This document shows positions 48,468-61,681 of a stretch of 64,000 nucleotides of DNA, piece by piece. The notes beneath the pieces were generated by a model. The model had not been told where the DNA came from. It made no database searches and worked only from the letters and a program-made list of their open reading frames with translations. Source of the DNA: Paraphysomonas bandaiensis (lineage: Eukaryota; Protista; Chrysophyceae); contig CBFFRP010000253.1 of assembly GCA_965644295.1 (NCBI GenBank), positions 62,001 to 126,000 on the forward strand, given 5' to 3'. Position 1 is the first letter of the stretch; each line of letters begins with the position of its first letter. A program made the position numbers and the translations under genes.

Positions 48468-48729
48468 TATAGTATAAAATATAAAAGGTCATTATTAATG
48501 TAACGGTTGGTTACGTAAGTAAATATGAAGAGCTATATAGTATATGATTTATATAACTATTGCAGGAATTAAGTTATACCACATATACTCACTACTCACA
48601 CTTGCATAAGTATTATCCTATTTACATCCAGTTCTAACAGAACACTAATACCAATTCCTTAAGATAAGAAACAACATTTCGAGTATGTTTTCCTATCATA
48701 ACCGTAGTTATCATATCACACGCAGCATA

Positions 48730-50586
48730 CTACATGACTTCACGGTTCGTCATATACATGGACGGATACAAATCCGAAGCCCCATGCCACCCACCAATCT
48801 CAGTCCCACTATCTGTACTGCTATACGCTCGTCTAGAAGGAAGATAGTTAGGCGGATGAAGAGCTTGTTTGAGAAGTGTATTAGCATATTGGTATGAATT
48901 TCCGCTTGCATATGTGTTGCTATCGATCATTGAAAGAGGAGAATTGTATAATGATACGACACGATTGACGTAGAAAAAATTGTGAACGATAGTGTAGGCT
49001 CCAACCAGGAGAACAGACATAAGGTATATACAAGTTAAAACAGCCCCGGGGCCATAGGAAATAACTGCTGATGTGATTAAGTAAGGCACACAAGCCATCC
49101 CTCCAGCTCCGCCCAATCGACCCAGTACAGCTGACTGGGCATCCCTACACACACCGGTTAATTAATAATACAAGGCTCAGGAGCTCACTTACATAGTGTA
49201 CCCATAGTCGTTGGCAATGGAGAGGGTAAGAGAAACTGTGGTGCTAATACCAAACCCAAGTAAACCTATTCCAATACACAGAGCTGCCGCAGAATCCATA
49301 CCCCATATTGCTAGCAGCAGCGCAGACGCAAGAATAAAAAGTAAATATATCCTCAATAGGCAACTGGTAGAAGTGTTAAGTGACAGCGGCACTGACACTG
49401 CACACCCAAGAGCTCCACAGAAAAAGTACACGCCCATCGCGAGCCTCACAGGCATTTGAGGGACAGAAATAAGTACGAGGTAGGCAGGTATCCAGCAGGT
49501 CACAGTAGAAGCCAAAGACCCGTGCAGGAACAGCAAACCGGCCAGGAGATGCCTGGCGGAAGGTGGAAGTACGTGAATTGATGCACCAGTAGGAAACCTC
49601 TGAGCGCTCTTAAGTATTCTTGACGTAGCATATGCAAGGGTACGGTTAATGGTAGGCTCATATGAAGGGTCTTCTCGGTCTCCACGACTAACAGCGCAGT
49701 ACTCAGTAGCATTCAGGATACTTGGTACCACCTCTTCGGGGTGCATATCCATAGCCCGACTATTAGTGCCCCCACTGCCATTGTCTAAAGCAACTTCCAA
49801 TGTGAAGAGTTCAGTTGACAGAAGAGCATCATCCATCACAACGTTATCCAGGTCACTACTATCGATGCTTTCATTGCGGTGCATTTCTAAGAGATGTCGC
49901 CGCTCTTCAAGGATAGACACTGGACTACTCTGGGGGCTATCAACGGATCTTCCGTACCCGTTAGGAATGCGATCAAATGTTATCCACCGAACATAAAGAA
50001 ACTCGCCAATAAGCCCAATAAAACAACTCATGCTTAATAAACCAATCAAGAAATATGTTCGGGTTACTCCACAACTCGTCATAGAGAGAGCAGGGAACAC
50101 AGCCGCCAGCGCGAATAGGCCGGATTTGGCCTGCATCCAAGGCTGCACGCGCTGACCCCACATCTCTGCCAGAGCCAGAGTAGAAAAATTATCAACCGCA
50201 CCAACTCCAAGAAATTGAATAAAGTACAGATAATTCAATATGGGAATTGAGGTGATAACAACCATAGCAAAGGCGGACCACGCAGATATACTGATAAATA
50301 TACATGTCAATACAGTCTTCGACCATTCAAACTTTTCTGCAGATATTAATTTAGCTGATATACATATTCCACAGAAGTATCCGATCCCGGCAAACGCAAA
50401 TCGTGCTGCTCGTGACTCTATCGAAATGTGTGTATCATTTAACTGTAGAGAGAATGCAATGCCCAGTGCGGATACTATACTCCCACATCCTACCTGGGCA
50501 CCATAGATTGATAGAGAGGCACATATTCTACCCAGATCATCCCATCCGATAAGACATCCGATCGCTTTAGGACCATATGAGGACAT
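48730..50586 (-). CDS. Major facilitator superfamily transporter (MFSD4-like); exons 50586-49193 and 49144-48730
   Basis: Two hydrophobic bundles separated by a long hydrophilic loop; AEMWGQRVQPWMQA; 48-bp intron splices in frame. Confidence 0.78.
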
Positions 50587-50784
50587 GTGTTATCTATATG
50601 AAAGATGGATGGGCCCTCTACATAGAGAACAATGCTATGAGGTAGTGTGAAGAGGGTATCGTGCTGTTAGAGATTGAGTTAAAGTGATCTGCTGCATAAA
50701 ATATCCAGACTCAAAAACACATGAGTCAGTTGAACAACTACACACCCATATACAGTACATACTACCCAACCGTCAAAATACACA

Positions 50785-51295
50785 CGTACATACATACATA
50801 CATACATACATACATACATACATACATACATACATACATACATACATACATACATACATACATACATACATACATACATACGTACATACATACATACATA
50901 CATACATACATACATACATACATACATACATACATACATACATACATACATACATACATACATACATACATACATACATACATACATACATACATACATA
51001 CATACATACATACATACATACATACATACATACATACATACATACATACATACATACATACATACATACATACATACATACATACATACATACATACATA
51101 CATACATACATACATACATACATACATACATACATACATACATACATACATACATACATACATACATACATACATACATACATACATACATACGTACATA
51201 CATACATACATACATACATACATACATACATACATACATACATACATACATACATACATACATACGTACATACATACATACGTACATACATACAT
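50785..51295. repeat. (CATA)n microsatellite, ~510 bp with rare CGTA variants, between divergent MFS and BAF-like genes
   Basis: Direct observation. Confidence 0.98.
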
Positions 51296-51450
51296 GCATC
51301 AGTCCACGTTGAGGACATGTTCTGGAAATGGTTTCTCAGTGGACTGTTTAGGACATTTGTGGCATTGGTATCCACGAATGCTAAATGCAATCGTGTCATA
51401 ATATCAGACGTAAGTATTGCTGCATTTGATTCAATTCATACATAGTAATA

Positions 51451-51848
51451 ATGGTAAGTAACCCTGTCCGATGATGGTGTGTGTCATTCTCACTGCTTGA
51501 TTCTGTTAGTCTAAAGGATTCGACCCCAACAAATCCGCTATTAGTGGCGACAGCATGGGTGCCTTCATTATGGGTAGGGTGACGGGAGACCTTCTTGAGG
51601 TCCCTGGTATCGGCCCGACTGCCGTAAATAATTTACGACTAGAAGGAATAACTACTACGTATCAGCTGTTCGGGAAGTTCCTAATGTTGAAGGGAGAAAG
51701 AATGTCCTGTGCGGAACACTGTGACGCATTTTGGAATTGGCTCAATTCAATCGGAATCAATTCACATCGCTCAGGGATTGTTCGATGTGTTGCTGAGAAA
51801 TTGGATACTATGTTTCCGGGAGTGTATGATGCCAATCAATTCCGTTAA
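51451..51848 (+). CDS. Barrier-to-autointegration factor (BAF)-like HhH DNA-binding protein; ATG-only first coding exon 51451-51453, then 51510-51848
   Basis: M|SKGFDPNKS..VPGIGP..LRLEGITTTYQLFGKFLML..FWNWL resembles BAF LAGIG..GFDKAYVVLGQFLVL..FREWL. Confidence 0.75.
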
Positions 51849-52269
51849 AATTGCTGTATTCTGTTAGTAAATATAGAGAATCTTGCATACAATGTATTAC
51901 TCTTTGTTTACGACATAGTGCATTGCGGACGAACTTGGAATAAAAAATTAAAATATAGAAACACATCAAAATTGTGTAGCGTGAGCTTATGACACTGTTT
52001 ATGATTTAACCTACTCTACTGTATAAAAGAGTAGTATTAGACGATACGTGTAAGTTACATGTACATAACGTTTGAGTACTTTTTCCAGATCAACACTGAA
52101 GTAAATGATATATGAAGCCTTGGACCGCTATTATTCATAACACTGTTTTCGAAAAGGCAGTCATGAAGATGCCAGGAGGATTAAAAGACTCACTTACCAA
52201 GTTCAAAACGACAACACCGCGCAACAGGCAATAAAAGCGAGCACGTCTTAACAAGCAAACTTGATACCG

Positions 52270-52517
52270 CACCATGAAGCACATGCATGCCACAACCAAT
52301 AAGGTTGATAATTATTAGAAGCATTATTATTAGAGTTAAGGTTGCTATGTTAGAGCTACCTTTCTTACGCATGTTTCGTCGCCTCTGGAATAAATTACAG
52401 TTGAGCAAGCTATGTTGGCAGCTAATGTAAGTGTAGTATCAATTAATAGAGACAACAAGTAATAATTGCAATCATATTTTACTACAACCTACGCCAATTT
52501 ATTATTACGCAGCCCTG
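52270..52517 (+). mobile_element. Relic 3' end of the same hAT-like family as 23386-24114
   Basis: Shares gcatgccacaaccaataaggttga, cgtcgcctctggaat, the subterminal block and the terminal acgcagccctg. Confidence 0.7.
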
Positions 52518-53342
52518 AGTTTAAATGTTGCTCTCCATGAATCTTGATGAGTTTTCTAATTACTTATCCAAAGTCTGAGTAAATACACATATAACGTTTA
52601 GTCACTACATTAAGTGCTTTTACATTACGATCAAACGACAACCAACACAAGCACTACATGATTATGACTACGAATTATCTTTGTTTTCTTCTTCTGGGGA
52701 CTGCTTTAGTAGCACCCCTGTTTCGCTTCTAGTCCCAAAGTGAGCTCATGTTCTTCGCAATAACACACACATACGCACCGGTAACAACAGCGGGATTTTC
52801 ACAGAACTCTTCTTTCCTAGATTCAGTTACATTTTAAGAAGTAATAGCCTCAATCAATTCAAAGTCTCGTTGCACCATGTTTAGTGCGTCTTGTAGCTGG
52901 CAACGTTGCAGTAGAGTGCACCTAAATCTCAGCAAGCTTGCAATAGAAGAGAGGCGCATCTTGCTTGCTCTAAAGTGGAGTAAAGAAGTAACAATTCCTC
53001 AAACACTTGCTGATCTTCCCATAGCGAATCAAGCTCTCAAACAATAGTGTGGGCATAGTGAGGGCATTGTAAGGCTCACTGAACTCACTGTGAGGTTATG
53101 CGCTAGTAAGAATTCTACAATGACACTTGAAAACCCCGAGTTTTTTAGTCTAGAAAACCTATTTCTTTAGAAAAAAAATCGCGATATATCGCGAATGGTC
53201 TGCCTCCTCCATACACAACAGCAGGTAGCTTATACAGAGTACTAGAGTACACTCGTAAGAACTAGACTCAGCTGTACTGTATATATATATATATGTATGT
53301 CTATATTAGCCAGTGTCATTATATCATCCTTATATACTAAAC

Positions 53343-54041
53343 ATGTCATCTCAATTACCTGAACCATATCGAAGATCTGTTTCTATTTATGGATCACATA
53401 CAGAAGGCATGCCACTGCCCTTCTATCGCCAGACTCCTCTCCCTATCCCTCCTGAAGAGGTCCCTCCATATCCTGCTGCTGCATTTGAAGGATGTGGATG
53501 GAAGACTATACAAGGAGTGGCTATAGGTATATACTATAGCCTCTGTATATATCATACTCACATACACACGTATATATAACATACACATACATATATATAA
53601 TAACACCTGTATTAATATTTTTGCCTATCCCTTCATATATAAGTATGTGAGTAATTGTTGCTGTGTGCCATAGGGGCGATTGCTGGGGCGGGGTTTGGGC
53701 TTATTATGTCAGCATTAGGAGGCGACACAAGTGGTGTTCGGATATGGAAAGGTAAAGAAGTTCCGCAAGCTCCACTCAGAGAGCAGTTGCGAGCGGGAGT
53801 CAAATGGACCGGGGGTAGAATGAAAACACTAGCGGGACAGTTTGCGGTTATCTCAGCGCTCTTCGGGGGTGTCGAGTGTGTCATAGAAAAGTACAGAGCT
53901 AAGCATGATGTTTGGAATTCAGTAGCATCTGGTTGTATAGTAGGTGGGACACTTGGTGCGCCTTCTGGGCCGACTGGGGCCTGTGCTGGTTGTCTTGGCT
54001 TTGCTGGATTCTCGCTCTTGGCTGATAAATTAATGGAATAA
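53343..54041 (+). CDS. TIM22: Mitochondrial inner-membrane translocase Tim22 (Tim17/22/23 family); 2 exons
   Basis: FEGCGWKTIQG..GAIAGAGFG..FAVISALFGGVECVIEKYRAKHDVWNSVASGCIVGG..GCLGFAGFS. Confidence 0.82.
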
Positions 54042-54729
54042 AATTTTATATGTCAATACATGGATTAAATGTTACATATATCACTACGATGTTGCTTCTG
54101 GATAAATATGAATACTTGGTCCAGGACAATAACATGCTAGCATGTAATTTGGTCTATATAACAAGCAGTGCGGCAAGTATAGTAGAGCCGTAACTGTCCC
54201 ATTCTGTTAGCGTTTTAGAAGTGATTGTCGTGATTGTGCATTCAGTTCGACATGATAATACAGATTTGGTAATAACCAAACATAATACTCAAGTGGTTGT
54301 TATGGGCGACCTCATCAAAAACTTAAGAATCTTAGCGTACTAAATAGTTCTTGTTAAAATCGGATAATTCAGTATAGATGTCATTGCCCAGAGCAGTTCT
54401 CAAAGTAAAGCATTAAGCATTAGTACTAGTATTACTTAAGAATATTCAATATTGAGCAACGTAAAATTGAGCAAAAAATAAATTTTCTTCAGTACAGTTC
54501 GTAAAAACTTTGAGTTTAGTTGAATAACTATATCCTTTTTTAACTATAACCGTACTTTAGTAACCAAGTCTTCAACGATAGTTGTTTTCTGAAATCCCAG
54601 TCAAAACGCATTGATGCTGATGCATCTATTAGGAACAAAAAGTCCACTGGGTTCTGCCTCAACCCAACAGTTTCTTGGATGCTTGCATATACCGCTTCAG
54701 GATTGCCTGCACGGTTGATTTGCCCCCTA

Positions 54730-55347
54730 CATTAATGGAGACTCCCTTTGCAACCTTCAGGGCGATGAGGGGCAAGATCAATCGCAGGGCAACTGCATCT
54801 CGAGCAGGCAGATACATGACCCGCTTTTAGAGCAGAGTAACTTGAGCTTGCCTCATCACAGGCTGAGACGATTTCAATGACGAAGCAGAAGTTGTAAGGC
54901 GGTGCATTGAATTTCTTGAGATTATCGGCTGCACTCGTCAGAGTATGCTGGCTACTATTGTCACCACCATCTGTCAGAATCGCCAATACCCAAGGGCGAG
55001 AGTGGTTTGCAGTGGAAAGTTGCTGTTAGACTGAAACAGAAGTAGAATCCCAGAGATGAGTGCCATTACTCTCTCTCGTTAGTCATTCTGCAGCACAGAC
55101 CGAGACCGATCATCGCCATATCCTTCGAACCCAGAGTGACAATAGGCTTGTATTGAGTGTGGAATCCAGCCACAGAGCTTCGATCAATAGCTTTCATTGT
55201 TGAGTAGAGGAATTGTGCCGTATTTTGAATTGCCACTGCAATCCTTGAAGTCGATGACACGCCCTGAGAAGTTATTCCGGGAGATGATCTTTTTCCGGGA
55301 GGAGCAGGTGCTGGGCTGTGTTTGTCTTGTGACTCACAAGCACCCAT
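54730..55347 (-). pseudogene. Disrupted vWA-domain gene
   Basis: Frameshift at a (GA)n run near 55070, then NGTHLWDS..V*QQ..WVLAILTDGGDNSS; vWA-like GT.LWD and LTDG.DN motifs with an in-frame stop. Confidence 0.6.
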
Positions 55348-55863
55348 TGCTACGAGTTTAGCTTAGTTCAGCTTAGTTTATTGGGTGTTTGTTGATTCTT
55401 GTCTTTGGTGAGTGAAAATTCCTGTTCTGCACTTCCGGATTGTTCCTGTATAAACATATCTTCAATCGGCAGATTTCAGTTTACTACAATCTATCTGGTG
55501 TTTGGTGATATATATCCGAATACAGACAGTGTCACAGTATACTCTGGAGGTACAAAATCAGGTGTTTTCACTCTAGAAAGTAAAAATATTGTTTTTTTAA
55601 TATTATGATATCACTATATTTCTGTGCAGAGGCCTGCAGCAGTAACACTGCGATATACTAGAAGTACATACAGCAGTACATACAGCAGTACAGAAGACAC
55701 ACAGCAACACAGCAGTACATACAGCAGTATATACCAGCATATAGCAGTGTCCATATACAGCAGCACATGCATCTACGTATCTCACTCATACCATACACAA
55801 TCACTTCACTTAACTAACCCACTCAACCAACCAACCAACCAAACCAAACACACATACATACAA

Positions 55864-58134
55864 ATGAATGATCCTAAATCTACTCTATTAAACTTCATAT
55901 CCACTTACTGTACAAAACATAAGGATGCATTCATCTGTGATGGTACATCCAAACAAATCATTGAAACAAACTATCACTATTTCACTGTGAATGTAATGAA
56001 ACAATTAATAGATTGTGCATTACATGAAAGGGATAAACAAGTGAATAAAGGGTTAGATGATAGTCAATTAATGGGCTCATGGGGGGTGCTAATCGATGAG
56101 TTTAAAGAGGTGACGTTAATGAAACGACAACAAGCAGCGGAATTATTACAAAGAATGTGTGCAATTGCTATGAATAGTCCACAGGATTTACAAGAATATA
56201 TACATGATTTAAGAAAAAAGAATGCATTAGATTCTGTTTTAGTTGATTTGATTAATTCCTCACGAGAGGACTGTGATAAAACTGAAGGCAATGATGCGAT
56301 CAAGGCGGTGTTTCGACTGCTATGTGATGCAGTGGCACCAGAGACGAAGTACTATGCATCTTGTGCTGAAGAGTCAACTGCATCCACTACCACTGGTTCA
56401 GGAGGCTCAGAGAAGGTTGAAGCCAGGAGTGTGCATAGTGAAGGTGCAGAGCCAGACCAAGATGCCCTCGTGGCGGCAGGACAGCTGCTAAAGGAGCTTT
56501 TGTCGCGTTGCGCTGGTGATGCTTCTCGTCTTAAGGTAGAGCTGGAGAGCCGCATGGGGTGAGTTTCTGTCAATTTAGTACATTGTTTGTGTATGTATTC
56601 TAATGTCCTGCTAAGGGTAAACTATACTGGTCCACTGCGGGTAGATGGTCCCGCTTTTAAGAGAGTTCTCGAGGACAACATTGCCGCGTGCAAGCAAGCA
56701 AGTTACACCAACAAGTTGAAGGTATTTGAGTTTGCATTGGAAGTGGTGAGTCGACCCAGCCCAGACCCTGTGTCCGTCAATCCTACCTCTTCATTTTCCA
56801 CTCACCACGCCCCCAAATTTGTCGACAATGCATCAATCCTAGGAATAGGGGGTGATATACATGTTTCGTTGGTAGATGAAACAGGGGACTATGTAGATGC
56901 AGTGGATGCCGCGGACGCCCTTCGATTTGCAGCTACTGGGGCTGGACCAGCCTCCTCAAAGTATGCGAAGGCTAGCAAGAAAAAGAAGAGCGTGAAAACA
57001 GGAGTGAAGCGGGCTGTAGGAGGAATCGCAGAAGCTTTAGGAAGGCACCTGGAAGAACATGGCTGGGCTGTAGGAGATCATGTAATTCCCGAAGACATAG
57101 TCCGCCGTGTGCGAATCGAATGCAATCTTTTCCAGGATCACTATGAACAGAGTGAGATATGGGTAGGGAAACAGGCAGATGTGGGCGCCCAGCTGTCAGT
57201 ACCAAGTGTAAGAGGGGACCGTGTGTTATGGATGTGTGGCGGTCACACCAGTACTGCTCCGGAGGGTGTTTCTCGCACGGTGCGAACTATTGGAGAAGTC
57301 GAACCCTGTCGGCTAGAAGTGAAGGCAGCCGCTCCCATCAAACGATTTGCGGCAATGAAGGAACTGGTGGCCAGTGTGGATAAGCTGGTTTTCGAAATGA
57401 AAGAGAAATGTCAAAGTCTTGCGGGTATATATGAACGGTCTGATGCTATGCTAGCAATATACCCTGGAGAAGGTGCTCGATTCGCCCGACATATAGACAA
57501 CACTACTAGAGATGGGCGCAGGCTTACGGTACTGGTGTATCTGAATCCAGAATGGAAGCGAGAAGAAGGGGGGGCTCTGAGACTATTTTCTCCTCAATCT
57601 CTTTCTCATGATACTGACTCGAAGGCTGATACAGAAAAGTCTGGAGGAGATGGTCGTGTGAAAGCTGTGGACGTGTTTCCCGAAGGGGGGAGAGTGGCCA
57701 TGTTCTACTCAGCGGACGTACCCCATGAAGTACTCCCGACATTTGGTCAGCGCCACGCACTGACGATATGGTACTACGATTCTGATGAACGCCGTAAAGC
57801 TGTTGAGGAGGCTCGCGAGGCTGGTAAAGGAGAAAGTGCTGCGAAGGCAGGAGTGGAAGCACAGTCTGCTGCTAAGGCATTCATTGCCGAGTTAATGGGG
57901 GGAGATGAGGTGGGTGAGGACGGTGGAGATCCGTCCCAGGAAGAGCTGGATGCTCTTGCTAGGCGTGTGGAAACCTTGGATGAAGATGTGCTCGGAATGG
58001 TTGCGTCTATCACAGGTGCTCCGTCCGTAGATTCTTTCCGGAATGGCTTTCCCATGCTGAGTGTTAGTGACCTGAAGCAAATGAGAGCGTTGTTCAGAAG
58101 AATGGGCTTGGGCTCGTACTCTGTAGACTCTTAA
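55864..58134 (+). CDS. EGLN/PHD-like 2OG-Fe(II) dioxygenase with a long N-terminal extension; exons 55864-56558 and 56616-58134
   Basis: VRGDRVLW, MLAIYPG, RHIDN, RRLTVLVYLN, GGALRLF, PHEVLP, RHALTIWY; 57-bp intron. Confidence 0.85.
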
Positions 58135-58787
58135 GCAGTGATTCGCTGTTGTGCGAATAATTCTTGAAATAGTACATAACATTAATATCTGACACATTGG
58201 TTGTGAATATGAAGATGCATTATAATTTTAATTATCACACAAGTAGTTGACAATGTTTTTATATGAAATTTTCTGTCAAAATAGGTACCGATGGACCTTT
58301 CGATCTACCTATACCTGGAGCTTATAGGGACTTCACACCTAGTGGGTATCTATTTTCTATCTATATAGGTATTCTGATAAATACCACCCATAGGTACCAC
58401 ACATCATACATAATAGAGTTGCCGCAGCTTCTACCTATATGCTATATGTCAGCTTTGCAGGGCGTCTGTTATGGATAATGGATATTCAATAGTTACCTAA
58501 CAATTACAGCCCAGTAACGAGCTATTCTAAATCAATGGTGATTTTGACAAAGAAAAAATAGTATTTAATTTTATAATGTACTCAACTCCAGTAAGTAAAC
58601 TTAATGACACTTCATTTTAAATAGGGTAACAATTAGTATGAATTCCAGTATAATTATTCATCACCACACGGTGTACATTTCACAACAAAATACTCTATAA
58701 TATACCGTCAAATGCATTAGCAATAGGTACTAACAACACAGGAAAGTACACCTTCTGACAAAAAGAACACGAAGATCGACGCTTTAT

Positions 58788-60107
58788 TCAAGAAGATAAT
58801 ACCGTAGGTTGAGGAATTGTGGTGAGTGCAGGTGTAGGGATCGTGACTTCGCACCTCTCCTCAGATACCACCGCCACTTCCTTTGTCTCTGCATATTTGG
58901 CATATTCGTCTGACACATAGTAGAAGCGCCGCAGTTGTTCCTCTACCGACAAAGGTAGACCTGGATCCGAGGGTGTAGAAGTATCTTCATCTTGCGTCAT
59001 CTCTGGCGGAGAGTATGGGTCACATATGTCAAGGCTCACCTCTCTCAGGTTAGGACGAAAAGGGGGTTGCACCACCATGTTCTCTACTTGAGAATACGAA
59101 AAACCGCTTCCAAGAAACCAATCACTGTTACATAACCTGGCGTAGTTGTTTTCCCCATGCCCAAGACGGTGAGTCTGTCGAACGTCCAATAGACCAGATA
59201 TCACCCGTACACAAGCGTCCGATAAATGCCCATTAACTGGGGATGCCTCAGGCACAGGTACTCGTAGCTTGTCGTTTAATAAACCTCTTTCTCGGCAGGA
59301 CCCAAATGACATCAGGTTGCGCTGGACAGGGACAGTGCTGGAAATAGCCACAGTGGAAGCTTTAACAGGCTTCTCTCGCGCAAGCTTATCCTCTGCATAC
59401 CGTATGAAGTCCAATGGCACATGCTTGGAGAAGGGTCGCTGGCCATATACCATCTCGTATGCCACAACGCCAAGACTCCAAAAGTCAGAAGCACATCCGT
59501 GAGTGTGAGACTTAGTAAACACCTCAGGGGCTAAGTACTGTCGTGTCCCACTGGCCATGTGGCAAATAACATCATGATCCTGCGCCACAATTTTGGGCTC
59601 TCCAACATACGACACTCCAAAATCCGTCAGAAGAGCATAACCATACTCGTCAAACATGATATTCTCCGGCTTTACATCACGATGAAGAATACCTTTGCTG
59701 TGGATATGATGAAGAGCTGAACTGATACAAACCACTACAAAAGCAACTCGATCCTCAGTGAATGGCTCTCGTCGGCGCAAATGATATCTGAGATCTCCAC
59801 CAGTGCACAGGTCAAGAGCCATGTAGCAGTACTGAGCATCATGAAAGGCGGAGTTGAGTCCCACAACAAACTGATGTCTTCCCACACTCTTCAGTGCTCT
59901 CAGCTCCGATAAAATCAAACTTAAACCATGCTTATGAGTGAGAAGTTGCCGTATGTTGATTTCTTTCATAGCAAACCAGTCCTTCGACTGGAGGTGCATC
60001 ACAGACGAGACTTTACCGAACCCGCCCTTACCGATCGTGTAGGAGAACAGGAACTTCTCTCTGCTGTGTGTGTTAGTGGAGTGTAGTTTAGTTGGAGAGG
60101 AGCCCAT
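58788..60107 (-). CDS. AGC-like kinase, copy 2 (inverted paralog of 41526-42845)
   Basis: Same protein except H>R, E>G, S>N and a diverged last 10 aa. Confidence 0.9.
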   Translation of the reverse strand: MGSSPTKLHSTNTHSREKFLFSYTIGKGGFGKVSSVMHLQSKDWFAMKEINIRQLLTHKHGLSLILSELRALKSVGRHQFVVGLNSAFHDAQYCYMALDLCTGGDLRYHLRRREPFTEDRVAFVVVCISSALHHIHSKGILHRDVKPENIMFDEYGYALLTDFGVSYVGEPKIVAQDHDVICHMASGTRQYLAPEVFTKSHTHGCASDFWSLGVVAYEMVYGQRPFSKHVPLDFIRYAEDKLAREKPVKASTVAISSTVPVQRNLMSFGSCRERGLLNDKLRVPVPEASPVNGHLSDACVRVISGLLDVRQTHRLGHGENNYARLCNSDWFLGSGFSYSQVENMVVQPPFRPNLREVSLDICDPYSPPEMTQDEDTSTPSDPGLPLSVEEQLRRFYYVSDEYAKYAETKEVAVVSEERCEVTIPTPALTTIPQPTVLSS

Positions 60108-60456
60108 GCTATGAGTGTGTATATGAGACACGTCTGATATTATGATCCACATACACATACATACACACGATACCACACACCCCTCACATGATCATAGAGG
60201 GGAAGGTGTGCCAATATACACACACACTGGACTACAGACATCCACATCCACAGACACACAGGCCACTAGCCTCCAACATATAGACACACACCCCTCCACA
60301 TACATACATACATATAGACACAGAGGCCCCCAATTCACATACTCGAAGATCCACCCACACCCACATACACACACACATACACACAGAGGCCCCTAAAGAT
60401 ACACACCTAACAATACATATGTATACAGACACACATTGCCCTACCCCTACACATAC

Positions 60457-60457
<1 letters not shown>

Positions 60458-60487
<30 letters not shown>

Positions 60488-60578
60488 CATACATACATAC
60501 ATACATACATACATACATACATACATACATACATACATACATACATACATACATACATACATACATACATACATACAT
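60458..60578. repeat. (CATA)n microsatellite, ~120 bp, between divergent kinase-2 and Myb-like genes
   Basis: Direct observation. Confidence 0.97.
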
Positions 60579-60606
60579 GCATATACAGTAACTGATCAGT
60601 GTTCAT

Positions 60607-61473
60607 ATGACTATCTCACTCTCTCCTCTTCATTTAATCACTCATATGGCAACAGAATTCTCTCGTCTCTATCGTGAACTCTGTCATACCGGTCCTAACA
60701 CTCCTGTCTATGACTTACAATTCACAAAAGAACGTAAACAAGTCCTTCAATCACTCGGATATGAAATCAAATCAGCTCCTATGAAATACACTGTCTCTAA
60801 ACATCATGGTAAAGGGGCAAGAAGACGTAAACATGAAGCACATTTAAAAGCTATTTCAAATAATGATACAAATGATCGTAAAAAACAATTGAAGATACGA
60901 CAACTGACACGACAGACACAAGAAGTCAATGAATTAACCAATAAGATCCAAGCATTAATAGCTGATAATAAATATATATCACAAAATTTATGGTCAAAAT
61001 ATGATAAAATATATGGACAATCAATGGAACCTTATGAGAAGTCTCATTCTGCACCTAGTGGAACATCTACACGATCACCAATGAGATCAAGTGCTGTAAT
61101 GAAACGTACTCCAGCTGTATGTCGTGGTGATTATTCGAAAAGCAAATGGAGTAAAGAGGAGCGTGATCGTCTTAATACTATATACAGAGAGTTTCGTAAA
61201 CCATTATCTAAAAGTCGTGCTGCATGGGAGAATTATTACATAGAGTTCGCCAATATATTCCGTGTGTTTTTTAGTAATAGGACGGAAGAAGAGGTAGTAG
61301 AGAAGATTAAAGATATGTACGCTCGGCGTCAGTTTGAAGAGGTAGGAGAGAAAAAGTATTGGGCTAAAGTAGGGGCCACAAGCCCAGTGAGAAAGCAGAA
61401 GGTTGTAAGCGAGAGACACACAAAGACACTCCCCCCTGTTACCTCCACGGCGAAACTGAAATCTTTACACTGA
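60607..61473 (+). CDS. Hypothetical protein with a coiled coil and a Myb/SANT-like C-terminal motif; start may be 60646
   Basis: 288-aa ORF; KWSKEERDRL..F.NRTEEEV.EK. Confidence 0.6.
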   Translation: MTISLSPLHLITHMATEFSRLYRELCHTGPNTPVYDLQFTKERKQVLQSLGYEIKSAPMKYTVSKHHGKGARRRKHEAHLKAISNNDTNDRKKQLKIRQLTRQTQEVNELTNKIQALIADNKYISQNLWSKYDKIYGQSMEPYEKSHSAPSGTSTRSPMRSSAVMKRTPAVCRGDYSKSKWSKEERDRLNTIYREFRKPLSKSRAAWENYYIEFANIFRVFFSNRTEEEVVEKIKDMYARRQFEEVGEKKYWAKVGATSPVRKQKVVSERHTKTLPPVTSTAKLKSLH

Positions 61474-61570
61474 TGCCTGCTATAGCTATTTTGTATATAT
61501 TATCTTTGTTTTGTTGTATATTTATCACACAAAGCCTATGCAATGCATGGTGATTTGCATGGAGAATGGT

Positions 61571-61681
61571 GTTGTAATAGGTCATGTAAGATGTTTTCGT
61601 ACAATGCTGTATCACCGAGTGCTTTTGTTGTAATAGGTCATGTAAGATGTTTTCGTACAATGCTGTATCACCGAGTGCTTT
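61571..61681. repeat. Two-copy 56-bp tandem duplication downstream of the Myb-like gene
   Basis: gttgtaataggtcatgtaagatgttttcgtacaatgctgtatcaccgagtgcttt occurs twice. Confidence 0.9.

Noticed and set aside
48467-51848. Functional link between the BAF-like gene and nearby Copia B
   Set aside because: They are separated by an unrelated MFS gene, and the insertion is recent.
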